Shown: piece after piece, positions 20,434 through 30,045 of the stretch
How positions within the stretch are numbered: position 1 is the first letter of the stretch
How the letters are laid out: each line of letters starts with the position of its first letter
NCBI GenBank assembly: GCA_036787315.1
Contig: DAIQPR010000001.1
Location: 1 to 38,647 of the forward strand
Length of the DNA stretch: 38,647 bases
Direction: 5' to 3'
DNA from: Polynucleobacter sp.
GTDB taxonomy: Bacteria; Pseudomonadota; Gammaproteobacteria; Burkholderiales; Burkholderiaceae
Position numbers and translations under genes: made by a program
The notes under the pieces: generated by a model
Databases searched by the model: none
What the model was told of the DNA's origin: nothing
The model's input: the letters and a program-made list of their open reading frames with translations, nothing else

Positions 20434-21309
20434 CTAGACTAAGATATCAATGGATCCATCAAAAACCGTTTCAGCAGGCCCAGTCATGAGAACCTCTGCT
20501 TTAAGACCTTGATGACTGAAATCCCATTCTATTTCTAGAACACCACCTGTAGTTTGAACTTGCACCGGAGAGTCGACTAAGTTTTTCATGATGCAGGTAA
20601 CTGCTGCTGCACATGCACCAGTTCCGCACGAAAGAGTTTCACCTGACCCTCTTTCAAAAACTCTTATTTTGATAGATTGACGATTCAGGATCTCGACGAA
20701 TCCTGCATTTACTCGTTTAGGAAAGCTTAAATGATTTTCAATAAGGGGGCCAGTTTGATGCACTAATGCATTTTCAATAGAGTCAACTATTTGAACAGCA
20801 TGTGGATTGCCCATTGAAATTGGCGTTATCCAAACAGAATCATTGTCTTTTAAAGGCATTAAAAAATCGTAAAGAGGACCATTTGATCGTTTCTCAAGAT
20901 TGTCCGGAATAAATGGAATCGAGGCATAGTCAAATATTGGTGATCCCATGTTGACTTTCACGCGCAGGTCATCCATTTCACTCAAGGTAATGATTGTATG
21001 AGCTACTTCAACACGAATTTCTTTTTTTGTAGTGAGACCTTTTTGGCGAACAAAGCGAACAAAACATCTTGATCCATTTCCGCATTGTTCAACTTCACTA
21101 CCATCGTGATTAATAATTCGGTACTTAAAATCAGCTTCAGATGTGCTTGGAGTATCAACAATAAGTATTTGATCTGCACCAATACCTAATTGGCGATTTG
21201 CTAAAAAAATCCAGTCCTCTTTTTTGAGATGACTGATATCCTGATTGATAGCATCAATCACAATAAAGTCATTGCCAGCACCATGCATTTTTGTAAATTG
21301 GAGTTTCAT
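20434..21309 (-). CDS. dapF: Diaminopimelate epimerase
   Basis: FTKMHGAGNDF, EQCGNG, MGNPH and ERGSGETLSCGTGACA. Confidence 0.98.
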   Translation of the reverse strand: MKLQFTKMHGAGNDFIVIDAINQDISHLKKEDWIFLANRQLGIGADQILIVDTPSTSEADFKYRIINHDGSEVEQCGNGSRCFVRFVRQKGLTTKKEIRVEVAHTIITLSEMDDLRVKVNMGSPIFDYASIPFIPDNLEKRSNGPLYDFLMPLKDNDSVWITPISMGNPHAVQIVDSIENALVHQTGPLIENHLSFPKRVNAGFVEILNRQSIKIRVFERGSGETLSCGTGACAAAVTCIMKNLVDSPVQVQTTGGVLEIEWDFSHQGLKAEVLMTGPAETVFDGSIDILV

Positions 21310-22205
21310 TTATAAAACCTAGCTTCACCTTCGGGTCTATTTTTAAAACGCTTATGTACCCAATAATACTCCTCAACTCGGGGTGTTATTTGCGCCTCAA
21401 AAAATTGATTAAGTCTGAGTGTGTCAGCAATTTCATCTTCGCTTGGGAAATTATCTAGAGGTTTGCCGATATGAACAGTATAAGATTTTTTATCAGGATT
21501 TAAGGTTGTTATTATTGGGCAAACCTCTGCTTTGGTAAGCTTTGCAAATCTAGAGATAGATGTAACAGTACATGTTTGAACTCCAAAAAATGGCACAAAT
21601 ACAGAGTCTTGTTTTCCTAAATCCATATCAGGTGAAATAACAACTTTTTGATTAGTACGCACAGCTCGGATGAGTTCTCTAGCATTTTGCTGGCGAAGCA
21701 TCATTTTTGCTCCAAAACGCTCCCGCCATTTTTTTATTCTTTGATCAAAAAAATCATTTTTCATTTTTATGTAAAGCGTAACTGGGTTAGCAATATTGTT
21801 GTCTGAAAGGTAAATTGAAGCGCCAATTAAGCCAGCTTCGATACCTAACAAATGCATACTAAAAAATAGACGATTTTTACCATCACTTAGATCTACATCA
21901 GACTTTACTTGCACCATTTTTCTGATTTGATTTTTCGACCCTAACCATAGATATCCTCTTTCTGTTAGAGATCGACCAAATAGTTTCCAATGTTGAAGGG
22001 CCAATTTTTTTAATTCAGAATCCGATAGATTGTTAAAGCAAAGTTTTAAATTAATATCTACAACTTTTTTTCTTTCGATAGGTAAGTGATATGCGATCCA
22101 CCCTAGAGCATCCCCTATTAGATGGTTTATCGAAATAGGGAGGATTCTTAGAAAATATAAAAATCCTAGGGCCAAATAATTGAATAGGTATTTAATGAAA
22201 ATCAT
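21306..22205 (-). CDS. Lipid A late (lauroyl/myristoyl) acyltransferase, LpxL family
   Basis: INLKLCF, HxxxxE (HLLGIE), SPDMD, FVPFFG and YYWVHKRFKNRP. Start at ATG 22205 (TAATG overlap with the upstream paralog). Confidence 0.9.
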   Translation of the reverse strand: MIFIKYLFNYLALGFLYFLRILPISINHLIGDALGWIAYHLPIERKKVVDINLKLCFNNLSDSELKKLALQHWKLFGRSLTERGYLWLGSKNQIRKMVQVKSDVDLSDGKNRLFFSMHLLGIEAGLIGASIYLSDNNIANPVTLYIKMKNDFFDQRIKKWRERFGAKMMLRQQNARELIRAVRTNQKVVISPDMDLGKQDSVFVPFFGVQTCTVTSISRFAKLTKAEVCPIITTLNPDKKSYTVHIGKPLDNFPSEDEIADTLRLNQFFEAQITPRVEEYYWVHKRFKNRPEGEARFYK

Positions 22206-23068
22206 TATGAAGGTGGAAGTGGAGCTCCAGATGGGTGCTTGTATCTGTTGTACATCCAAAGGTATTGTTCAGGGTTTTTAATAATTACACGTTCTAAAAA
22301 TGTATTCAATTGACCTGCTGCCACAACTGGATCAAGGTCAAAGGGCTCTTGGACTCTTTCTGCAACAACTGTCCAACCATTACCCTGGGGTTTACGAATT
22401 GCAGTAAATACTATTGTTGGAATATTATTTTTTTGAGCTATTTTTGCTGGAAGGACAGCAGTATAAGCATATCTTCCAAAAAACGGAGCCCAAACTCCTT
22501 CACCGTTTCCGGGGACTTGATCAGGGAGGATTCCAACCGCTTCGCCACGTGTTAAAGCTCTCGCTATTTGTCGAACACCTTGCATATTTGCAGGAACAAA
22601 GTTCATGCGAGGATGATCACGTCCCTTTGAAATTATTTTCTCTAACCATGCTTGTTTGGCTGGTTTATAAATAATCGTAGCAGGGAAGTGTTCCGCTAAA
22701 ACTCGTGGAATCATCTCAAATGCCCCTAAATGTGGTGTGAGCATTAAAAGACCTCGCCCCTCATTGATGGCATTTTCAACAACATCCCAATGAATTAAAT
22801 CTGTTTTTTGTAATGCTTCAGTTGGGTGTCTCCATATCCACAAACTGTCAGTTAACATCTGCCCTGCGGATTTGGCTACTGCAACTGGATCGGCCTGAAA
22901 GTTATATTTTTGTTGAGCTTGAGCTAAGTTTTCATGGATTAGTCTTTTATCCTTCTTAGAAAACCAATACATTAAAAGTCCAAGAAAAGCCCCTAGTCCT
23001 TGAAGATACTTTAAGGGTAAACGGCTAATAAGAAGAATTAAGACTTGCATGCCATCTATGATATTCAA
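22205..23068 (-). CDS. Lipid A late acyltransferase / lysophospholipid acyltransferase, LpxL family
   Basis: TPHLGAFE, GILPDQVP, WAPFFG and PEQYLWMYNRYK. Start could be TTG 23068 or ATG 23050. Confidence 0.9.
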   Translation of the reverse strand: MNIIDGMQVLILLISRLPLKYLQGLGAFLGLLMYWFSKKDKRLIHENLAQAQQKYNFQADPVAVAKSAGQMLTDSLWIWRHPTEALQKTDLIHWDVVENAINEGRGLLMLTPHLGAFEMIPRVLAEHFPATIIYKPAKQAWLEKIISKGRDHPRMNFVPANMQGVRQIARALTRGEAVGILPDQVPGNGEGVWAPFFGRYAYTAVLPAKIAQKNNIPTIVFTAIRKPQGNGWTVVAERVQEPFDLDPVVAAGQLNTFLERVIIKNPEQYLWMYNRYKHPSGAPLPPS

Positions 23069-23081
23069 AAATTCGTAAAGT

Positions 23082-23110
23082 TTGAAAAAAAATAAAAGTA
23101 TCGTTATACT
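23082..23110 (+). promoter_or_regulatory. Sigma70 promoter for the SAM-II/metK transcript
   Basis: TTGAAA (23082-23087), 17-bp spacer, TATACT (23105-23110). Predicted start about 23117, immediately before riboswitch P1. Confidence 0.75.
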
Positions 23111-23117
23111 ACGTTTA

Positions 23118-23168
23118 TCGCCGAGTTAAGACAACTTGCAGGGCGACTATAAATTCTGCTAAAGCGTC
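23118..23168 (+). ncRNA. SAM-II (SAM_alpha/SAM-V-like) riboswitch aptamer upstream of metK
   Basis: P1 TCGCC (23118-22)/GGCGA (23142-46); loop GAGTTAA; TTGCAG…ATAAAT…CTGCTAAA; pseudoknot GCAG/CTGC and GAC/GTC. Matches the SAM-II layout and sits 5' of SAM synthetase. Confidence 0.85.
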
Positions 23169-23180
23169 GCCGTATAAGAT

Positions 23181-23209
23181 GTTCGGCACGTGTTGTCGAA
23201 CTTTTTTTT
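23181..23209 (+). terminator. Intrinsic terminator (attenuator) in the metK leader
   Basis: GTTCGGCA (23181-88)/TGTCGAAC (23194-201) followed by T8 (23202-09). Confidence 0.8.
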
Positions 23210-23218
23210 GGAGCTTAT

Positions 23219-24385
23219 ATGGCAAACGATTATCTTTTTACATCTGAATCTGTTTCTGAAGGTCATCCTGACAAAGTCGCAGATCAAATTTCCGATTCAA
23301 TTCTTGATGCAATTTTGGCTCAAGACCCAACAGCGCGCGTTGCTGCAGAAACTTTGTGTAACACCGGTCTTGTTGTTTTAGCAGGCGAAATCACCACAAC
23401 TGCAAATGTAGACTATATCAAAGTCGCAAGAGAAACTTTGCGTGAAATAGGCTATGACAACACTGACTTTGGTATTGATTACAAAGGTTGTGCGGTCTTA
23501 GTAGCCTATGATAAACAAAGTCCCGATATTGCTCAGGGTGTTAATAAAGCAGAAGATGACCCTCTTGATCAAGGTGCGGGAGATCAAGGATTAATGTTTG
23601 GATATGCAGTTGATGAAACTCCAGAGTTAATGCCTTTACCAATTTATTTATCTCACAGATTAGTAGAGCGTCAATCCCAATTACGTCGTGATGGTCGTTT
23701 AAACTGGTTAAGACCTGACGCTAAGTCCCAAGTAACGCTTCGTTATGTTGATGGCAGACCCGATTCAATCGATACGGTTGTTTTATCTACTCAACATCAT
23801 CCAGATATCGAACTCAGCGCATTGCGTGAGGCTGTGATTGAGGAAATTATTAAGCCTGTGTTACCTAAAGAATTGATTAAAGGACCAATTAATTATCTAG
23901 TTAACCCAACAGGTAGATTTGTTATTGGTGGCCCACAAGGTGATTGTGGCTTAACTGGTAGAAAAATTATTGTTGATACGTATGGTGGCGCAGCACCTCA
24001 TGGTGGTGGTGCATTTTCTGGGAAAGACCCTTCTAAAGTGGACAGATCTGCTGCTTATGCAGCTCGATATGTTGCTAAAAACGTGGTTGCTGCAGGACTT
24101 GCATCTAAGTGTTTGGTTCAAGTTTCCTATGCGATTGGTGTCGCTAAACCAACTTCTGTGATGGTAAGTACTTATGGAACTGGAAAGATTTCTGATGAGC
24201 AAATTTCAAAGTTAGTAAGTGAACACTTTGATTTAAGGCCAAAAGGAATCGTTAAAATGTTGGATCTTTTACGCCCAATTTATCAAAAAACTGCAGCATA
24301 TGGTCACTTTGGTAGAGAAGAACCACAATTTACCTGGGAAGCGCGTGATCGTGTCATCGCACTGAAATCTGCAGCAGGACTATAA
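23219..24385 (+). CDS. metK: S-adenosylmethionine synthetase
   Basis: [19 protein letters not shown] and [15 protein letters not shown]. Confidence 0.99.
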   Translation: MANDYLFTSESVSEGHPDKVADQISDSILDAILAQDPTARVAAETLCNTGLVVLAGEITTTANVDYIKVARETLREIGYDNTDFGIDYKGCAVLVAYDKQSPDIAQGVNKAEDDPLDQGAGDQGLMFGYAVDETPELMPLPIYLSHRLVERQSQLRRDGRLNWLRPDAKSQVTLRYVDGRPDSIDTVVLSTQHHPDIELSALREAVIEEIIKPVLPKELIKGPINYLVNPTGRFVIGGPQGDCGLTGRKIIVDTYGGAAPHGGGAFSGKDPSKVDRSAAYAARYVAKNVVAAGLASKCLVQVSYAIGVAKPTSVMVSTYGTGKISDEQISKLVSEHFDLRPKGIVKMLDLLRPIYQKTAAYGHFGREEPQFTWEARDRVIALKSAAGL

Positions 24386-24395
24386 TAGACTAATA

Positions 24396-24487
24396 TTCTT
24401 CAAGGAGCGTTGCGAGGAAACATGCTTATCAAGCACTGTTTCCCCAGGCTTGGAGGGGCTCGACATCGAGTCTATGAACGGCGCTCA
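24396..24487 (+). ncRNA. SAH riboswitch upstream of ahcY
   Basis: P1 TTCTTCAAG/CTTGGAGGG; conserved GAGCGTTGC and CCAGGCT; P2 GGAAACA/TGTTTCC; 3' AACGGCGCTCA pairing with GAGCGTT. A TATAAT at 24381-86 overlapping the metK stop may be its promoter. Confidence 0.92.
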
Positions 24488-24559
24488 CTAACCATTGAAA
24501 TTTTGGTTGGTGGGTAGCCTACAAAGCCCCCCCAAGTTTCTGAACTTTTTGGAGAACTT

Positions 24560-25993
24560 ATGAATTCCGCTGTAAATCCATCGAATGATTATGTAATAGC
24601 AGATATTACACTCGCAGATTTTGGCCGTAAAGAAATTGCGATTGCTGAAACAGAAATGCCAGGTCTAATGGCAATTCGTAAAGAGTATGAATTATTGCAA
24701 CCCCTTAAGGGCGCTCGCATAACTGGTTCTTTACATATGACAATTCAAACAGCTGTTTTGATAGAAACTTTAGAGGCATTGGGAGCTCAAGTTCGCTGGG
24801 CTTCTTGCAATATTTATTCAACACAAGACCATGCTGCTGCTGCGATTGCTGCGAATGGAACACCAGTATTTGCTATCAAAGGTGAAACATTAGAGCAATA
24901 TTGGGACTTTACCCATAGAATTTTTGAATGGAGTGATGGTGGCTTCACAAATATGATCTTAGATGATGGTGGCGATGCTACCCTCTTGTTGCACCTAGGT
25001 GCAAAAGCTGAAAAAGATTTAGGCGTTTTGTCACACCCAACTAGTGAAGAAGAAACTATTTTGTATGCAGCAATCAAAGCAAAGATTGCTATTGATCCAA
25101 CATGGTACTCAACAAGATTAGCTCAAGTAAAGGGTGTAACAGAAGAAACTACTACTGGAGTTCACCGTTTGTATCAAATGTTTGCGAAGGGTGACCTCAA
25201 GTTTCCAGCAATCAATGTGAATGACTCAGTTACGAAAAGTAAGTTTGATAACTTATACGGTTGCCGTGAGTCTTTAGTAGACGCAATTAAGCGTGCTACC
25301 GACGTTATGGTCGCAGGTAAGGTAGCTGTAGTTGCTGGTTATGGTGATGTTGGTAAAGGCTCAGCTCAAGCACTTCGTGCATTATCAGCACAAGTATGGG
25401 TTACAGAAGTTGATCCAATTTGTGCATTACAAGCTGCAATGGAAGGTTACCGTGTTGTTACGATGGAATATGCTGCTGACAAGGCTGACATATTTGTAAC
25501 AGCAACTGGGAACTATCATGTTATTACGCATGACCATATGATTAAGATGAAAAACCAAGCTATCGTATGTAATATTGGCCACTTTGATAATGAAATTGAT
25601 GTAGCAAGTATTGAAAAATATAAGTGGGAAGAAATTAAGCCACAAGTAGATCATATTATTTTCCCAGCACAAAATGGTCAGCCTGAGAAGCGCATCATAT
25701 TGCTAGCTAAGGGAAGATTAGTTAATTTAGGTTGTGGTACAGGACACCCTTCATTTGTGATGAGCTCATCATTTGCAAACCAAACAATCGCTCAAATCGA
25801 ATTGTGGACAAAAGCTAATACTGGTGAATATCCAGTTGGTGTTTATACATTACCTAAACATTTGGATGAAAAAGTTGCCTTGTTGCAATTACAAAATCTC
25901 AATGCAGAACTCACAGTATTAACAGACCAACAAGCTAACTATATTGGCGTTAATAAAGAAGGTCCATTTAAATCGAACCATTACCGCTATTAA
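24560..25993 (+). CDS. ahcY: Adenosylhomocysteinase
   Basis: [41 protein letters not shown] and GYGDVGKG. Confidence 0.99.
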   Translation: MNSAVNPSNDYVIADITLADFGRKEIAIAETEMPGLMAIRKEYELLQPLKGARITGSLHMTIQTAVLIETLEALGAQVRWASCNIYSTQDHAAAAIAANGTPVFAIKGETLEQYWDFTHRIFEWSDGGFTNMILDDGGDATLLLHLGAKAEKDLGVLSHPTSEEETILYAAIKAKIAIDPTWYSTRLAQVKGVTEETTTGVHRLYQMFAKGDLKFPAINVNDSVTKSKFDNLYGCRESLVDAIKRATDVMVAGKVAVVAGYGDVGKGSAQALRALSAQVWVTEVDPICALQAAMEGYRVVTMEYAADKADIFVTATGNYHVITHDHMIKMKNQAIVCNIGHFDNEIDVASIEKYKWEEIKPQVDHIIFPAQNGQPEKRIILLAKGRLVNLGCGTGHPSFVMSSSFANQTIAQIELWTKANTGEYPVGVYTLPKHLDEKVALLQLQNLNAELTVLTDQQANYIGVNKEGPFKSNHYRY

Positions 25994-25995
25994 AA

Positions 25996-26838
25996 ATGAA
26001 CCTATTGGATAACATCGAGCTTAGTGCAGAGTTTTTTCCACCAAAGACTGATGAGGGTGCAGAAAAATTACGTGTTGTAAGGGGTCGTTTAAAAGAAGAG
26101 TTAGACCCCAGTTTTTTTTCTGTAACTTTTGGCGCAGGTGGTTCTACTCAAGACGGCACAATGAGTACTGTAAAAGAAATTCATGAGGGTGGAATATCAG
26201 CGGCTCCACACTTATCCTGTGTTGGAAGCAGCAAGTCTAAGGTATTAGAATTGTTGCAACAATACCAGTCATTAGGAATTAGTCGCATCGTGGCTTTACG
26301 AGGTGACTTGCCTTCAGGCGCGGGTGATTATGGAGAGTTTAAACACGCTAATGAACTAGTAAGTTTTATTAGACAAGAAACAGGTGATTGGTTTCATATA
26401 GAAGTAGCAGCGTATCCGGAATTTCATCCTCAAGCAACATCTGCTGTAGATGATATTGAAAAGTTTGTTCAAAAAGTAAATGCAGGCGCTAACTCTGCAA
26501 TTACACAATATTTTTTCAATTCAGATGCTTATTTTCAATTTATCGAAGACGTAGCTAGTTACGATGTATCGATTCCAATTATCCCAGGGATTATGCCAAT
26601 AGTAAGTAGTACTCAATTGATAAGATTTTCAGATGCTTGTGGAGCAGAGATCCCACGTTGGTTGAGAAAACGACTTGAAAGTTTTGGTGATGACACAGCT
26701 TCGATCAAAGCCTATGGGCTTGAGGTTGTTACGGATTTGTGCCATCAATTAATCGCTGGAGGTGCACCAGGCCTTCATTTTTACACGCTTAATATGGCAG
26801 AACCAACCTTATCAATAGTTCGTGAACTAGAGGTTTAA
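25996..26838 (+). CDS. metF: 5,10-methylenetetrahydrofolate reductase
   Basis: EFFPPKT, SVTFGAGGS, VALRGD, AAYPEFHP, ITQYFF and LHFYTLN. Confidence 0.97.
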   Translation: MNLLDNIELSAEFFPPKTDEGAEKLRVVRGRLKEELDPSFFSVTFGAGGSTQDGTMSTVKEIHEGGISAAPHLSCVGSSKSKVLELLQQYQSLGISRIVALRGDLPSGAGDYGEFKHANELVSFIRQETGDWFHIEVAAYPEFHPQATSAVDDIEKFVQKVNAGANSAITQYFFNSDAYFQFIEDVASYDVSIPIIPGIMPIVSSTQLIRFSDACGAEIPRWLRKRLESFGDDTASIKAYGLEVVTDLCHQLIAGGAPGLHFYTLNMAEPTLSIVRELEV

Positions 26839-27371
26839 TCGAACTTAAATAGAATACCACCGTCAACGATTTGAATTGCTGACGGTGGACTTCTTAAAAG
26901 TGCAATGTCAGTATTAGAAAGCTCATAAATCAATTGATTATTAAATAGTTGAGCAATGATTGGGTTTAATTGCTGCAAAATTAATTTTTCTTCACTTTTT
27001 AAAATATCTAAAGAAAGATCATTGATAGAGGGGTCTTTTAGATAAATTTTGCGACTCAATGAGTCATATCGAAATGAAGAATTTAAAGTTATCTTACCTT
27101 TAATTGGTGCTTGGCTATTAACAAGAAGCTCAACATCTGAATAGAAATAAATTTTTTGATCTTTTTCAATGAAATTTAAAAAAGGATTAATCGATTTGAT
27201 TTCTAAAAAAACGAAATTCTTTTTTATTGGTGAATTTTTCATTAAATATAAATTAATGATTTCACCTGAAAGGAAGAAAGTGTTTTTCGCAAAAGTGTTG
27301 AAAGTAATAAACTGGCTCAGGGACAGTATTGATAAAGATTTAAAACAAAATTTTCTTCTTGAGTAATGCAT
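26835..27371 (-). CDS. Exported DUF1439 (YceB-like) protein
   Basis: SRRKF plus a hydrophobic segment and a TFA cleavage site; GKITLNSSFRYD…IYLKDPSI…PIIAQLFNNQLIYEL pattern recalls DUF1439. Start is coupled to the upstream gene (TAATG). Confidence 0.65.
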   Translation of the reverse strand: MHYSRRKFCFKSLSILSLSQFITFNTFAKNTFFLSGEIINLYLMKNSPIKKNFVFLEIKSINPFLNFIEKDQKIYFYSDVELLVNSQAPIKGKITLNSSFRYDSLSRKIYLKDPSINDLSLDILKSEEKLILQQLNPIIAQLFNNQLIYELSNTDIALLRSPPSAIQIVDGGILFKFD

Positions 27372-28000
27372 TATTTATTTAAAGATTTTGAAGGCAGTAA
27401 GATTTGTGACTCTGTTATGAGTGCGTTTAGAGGAAAGTCATGGGATTTGGGGCTCCAACAATCTTGAGATATCTCTGCGTCATCTATTGATATACCTATG
27501 CTAAAGGGTAAAGTATTCTTTTGTTGCAAAACTTCAAAAGTACGATCATAAAACCCACCACCGTATCCTAATCGCCAAATGTTATTGTTGCTTAGCTGCC
27601 AACCAACACAAGGAACAATCATTAGATCTATGGTTAAAGGTTCAGAATTCGCAGGTTCTGGAATATTGGCAAACCCATTGACCATAGGTGTTGATGTGTC
27701 CCATTCATAAAAGGTGAGGGCTTCATTTGGTTTACATTTAGGTAATGCTAGCTTTCTTTTTTGATCTTCCTTTTGCCAATTAATTAAAGTGTCAGTTACT
27801 GATGGTTCAGCTTGAATTGGCCAATAAAAACCAATTGTCATAATTTTTTTGAGGATGATACCTTCAATGTCTCTTAAAACCACTAAAATGTGTTCATTAA
27901 GGGCAGATAAAACACCTTGTCCTGTTGATTCAGACAATAGTATTTGCCTTCTTTTTGCAATGAAATCTTTTCTCAGCGCGTCAATAGAATTGTTTTTCAT
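27371..28000 (-). CDS. 5-formyltetrahydrofolate cyclo-ligase
   Basis: GFYWPIQAEP, IPEP, DLMIVPCVG, RLGYGGGFYDRT and HDFPLN. Start ATG 28000 or TTG 28012. Confidence 0.92.
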   Translation of the reverse strand: MKNNSIDALRKDFIAKRRQILLSESTGQGVLSALNEHILVVLRDIEGIILKKIMTIGFYWPIQAEPSVTDTLINWQKEDQKRKLALPKCKPNEALTFYEWDTSTPMVNGFANIPEPANSEPLTIDLMIVPCVGWQLSNNNIWRLGYGGGFYDRTFEVLQQKNTLPFSIGISIDDAEISQDCWSPKSHDFPLNALITESQILLPSKSLNK

Positions 28001-28071
28001 ATGAATATTCAATTTCTCATTAAGATGATTGAGAAAATTTATTAGTATTAATTGATGAAAAGCCTATATTA

Positions 28072-30033
28072 ATGAACAAATTTAACTTTATCCGAATTAC
28101 TCTCATTTGCGTATCTTTTATGCTGAGTATATGTGGTAATTCAGTAGCAAAGACAAATACTAAAAGTTCCTCGAATACAAATAAACAAAGTCAACCTACA
28201 CAGTCACTAAAGAGAAATGAAGATTTAAGTGAAGATGATAAGAAATTTATTGATTTACGTGAGGCTGCTAGGAAAAATGATGTACTCAAATCGATACAAT
28301 TAGGTAACCAGCTTAATGATTACGAAATTGCTGATTATGTAGAGTATTTTAAGATTAAGCCTCGACTATATGATGCATCAAGTAAAGCCAATGCATCTAC
28401 TGATGCTGACCTTGAAGTTAAAAACTTTCTAAAAAAATATAAGGGTACTGCACTGTCTGATCGTTTGAGAAATGATTGGTTATTAGTATTAGGAAAAAGA
28501 AAAGATTGGAATAGTTTTGATATTGAATATCCGAAATTTGTATTAGATGACGATACTCAAGTTAAATGTTATGCCATGATGTCAATGATTTCTAAAGGGG
28601 AATCTATTAAAGCTATTGGATCTCAAGCCAAAGCAACATTAGTAGATCCAAGATATTTTGGCGAATCATGCCCTGAATTAGTTGCGCAATTATATGCAAG
28701 GGGCGGACTAACAAAAAGCGAAGCGCAAAGTATCAGTCGCGCCGCAACTGAAATGAGCTTTGATACAACAGCACAAAAAATGGGTGTTGATGATCCTATT
28801 GCAAGTTTTGTTCGAAAAGCGCGTGTAAATCCTTCCTTAGCAATGAAAACTTTTGAAGAAAATGATTGGAGAGGATTATCTGAATATAAAGGGATGGCCT
28901 GGGGTGTTGTTGGGCAATTTTTAGCTAAAAAATTAGACCCATTAGCGATAGAGGCTTATAAAAAGCAACACGCTTTAGGGGGTAGTGAATTACTCTCAGC
29001 CGAGTCAAGTGAGTGGAAAGTTCGCGCAGCTCTGAGAGATAAAGATTGGAGAATGGTCAAAGAGTCTATTGAAACAATGTCTGAACCCATCAGAAACCGT
29101 GACCCTGCTTGGACCTATTGGTATGGTAAGTCCTTAAAAGAATTAGGTGACGATCATGCTAATGAATATTTTGAAAAGCTTGCTAATCAATATCATTTTT
29201 ATGGCCAACTATCTTTAGAGGAGCTAGGTAGACCTATCAATGTACCTGCTAAAACGGTAATAACAGATGCAGACTCAAAAGCTATTACTAAGAGTATTCC
29301 GGCCTTCACTAAAGCTGCCAAGCTATATGACATGAACCTAAGAGTTGAAGGTAATCGTGAGTGGAATTGGGAATTAAGAGGTATGAGTGATAGAGAGTTG
29401 CTAGCCGTTGCTGAGTATGGAAAAAAAATCAATATGCTTGATCGGACTGTTAATTCAGCAGATAGAACTAAAGAGGAACATAATTTTTCATTAAGATTCC
29501 CAACGCCATATATTGATAGGCTTGGCCCCATAACAAAGCAAATACATTTAGACATTAATTGGGTTTATGGACTAATTCGTCAAGAGTCCCGATTTGTTAT
29601 TGCGGCTAGATCTTCTGTTGGCGCATCGGGGCTTATGCAAGTGATGCCAACAACTGGTCAATACGTTGCCAAAAAAATTGGTATGACAGATTACACACCT
29701 GATAAGTTGGGGGATTTACAAACTAACTTAGTTTTGGGCAGCAATTACTTAAACATGGTTTTAAATGATTTAGATGGTTCTTGGGGCTTGGCATCAGCTG
29801 CATATAATGCGGGTCCTGGAAGACCAAAGCAATGGCGACAAACATTGACAAAGCCAGTTAGTATGGAAATATTCGCTGAGACGATTCCTTTTACAGAAAC
29901 AAGAACATATGTAAAAAATGTAATATCAAATGCTATTTACTATGAAATCTTAAGCACAGGAAAGCCTCAATCAATCAAAGCCAGATTAGGAAACGTAAAT
30001 CCTAGTCAATTAGTAACTACAAATTTACCTTAA
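28072..30033 (+). CDS. slt: Soluble lytic murein transglycosylase (Slt70-like)
   Basis: Signal peptide, helical U/L domains, catalytic IRQESRF, GLMQVMP, AYNAG and IPFTETRTYV. Confidence 0.93.
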   Translation: MNKFNFIRITLICVSFMLSICGNSVAKTNTKSSSNTNKQSQPTQSLKRNEDLSEDDKKFIDLREAARKNDVLKSIQLGNQLNDYEIADYVEYFKIKPRLYDASSKANASTDADLEVKNFLKKYKGTALSDRLRNDWLLVLGKRKDWNSFDIEYPKFVLDDDTQVKCYAMMSMISKGESIKAIGSQAKATLVDPRYFGESCPELVAQLYARGGLTKSEAQSISRAATEMSFDTTAQKMGVDDPIASFVRKARVNPSLAMKTFEENDWRGLSEYKGMAWGVVGQFLAKKLDPLAIEAYKKQHALGGSELLSAESSEWKVRAALRDKDWRMVKESIETMSEPIRNRDPAWTYWYGKSLKELGDDHANEYFEKLANQYHFYGQLSLEELGRPINVPAKTVITDADSKAITKSIPAFTKAAKLYDMNLRVEGNREWNWELRGMSDRELLAVAEYGKKINMLDRTVNSADRTKEEHNFSLRFPTPYIDRLGPITKQIHLDINWVYGLIRQESRFVIAARSSVGASGLMQVMPTTGQYVAKKIGMTDYTPDKLGDLQTNLVLGSNYLNMVLNDLDGSWGLASAAYNAGPGRPKQWRQTLTKPVSMEIFAETIPFTETRTYVKNVISNAIYYEILSTGKPQSIKARLGNVNPSQLVTTNLP

Positions 30034-30045
30034 TTGGAGAAGCAT

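Noticed and set aside
28001..28071. 6S RNA upstream of the 5-formyl-THF cyclo-ligase gene
   Set aside because: The gap to slt is only about 60-70 bp, too short for 6S RNA, and holds only a weak TTTCTCA/TGAGAAA inverted repeat.
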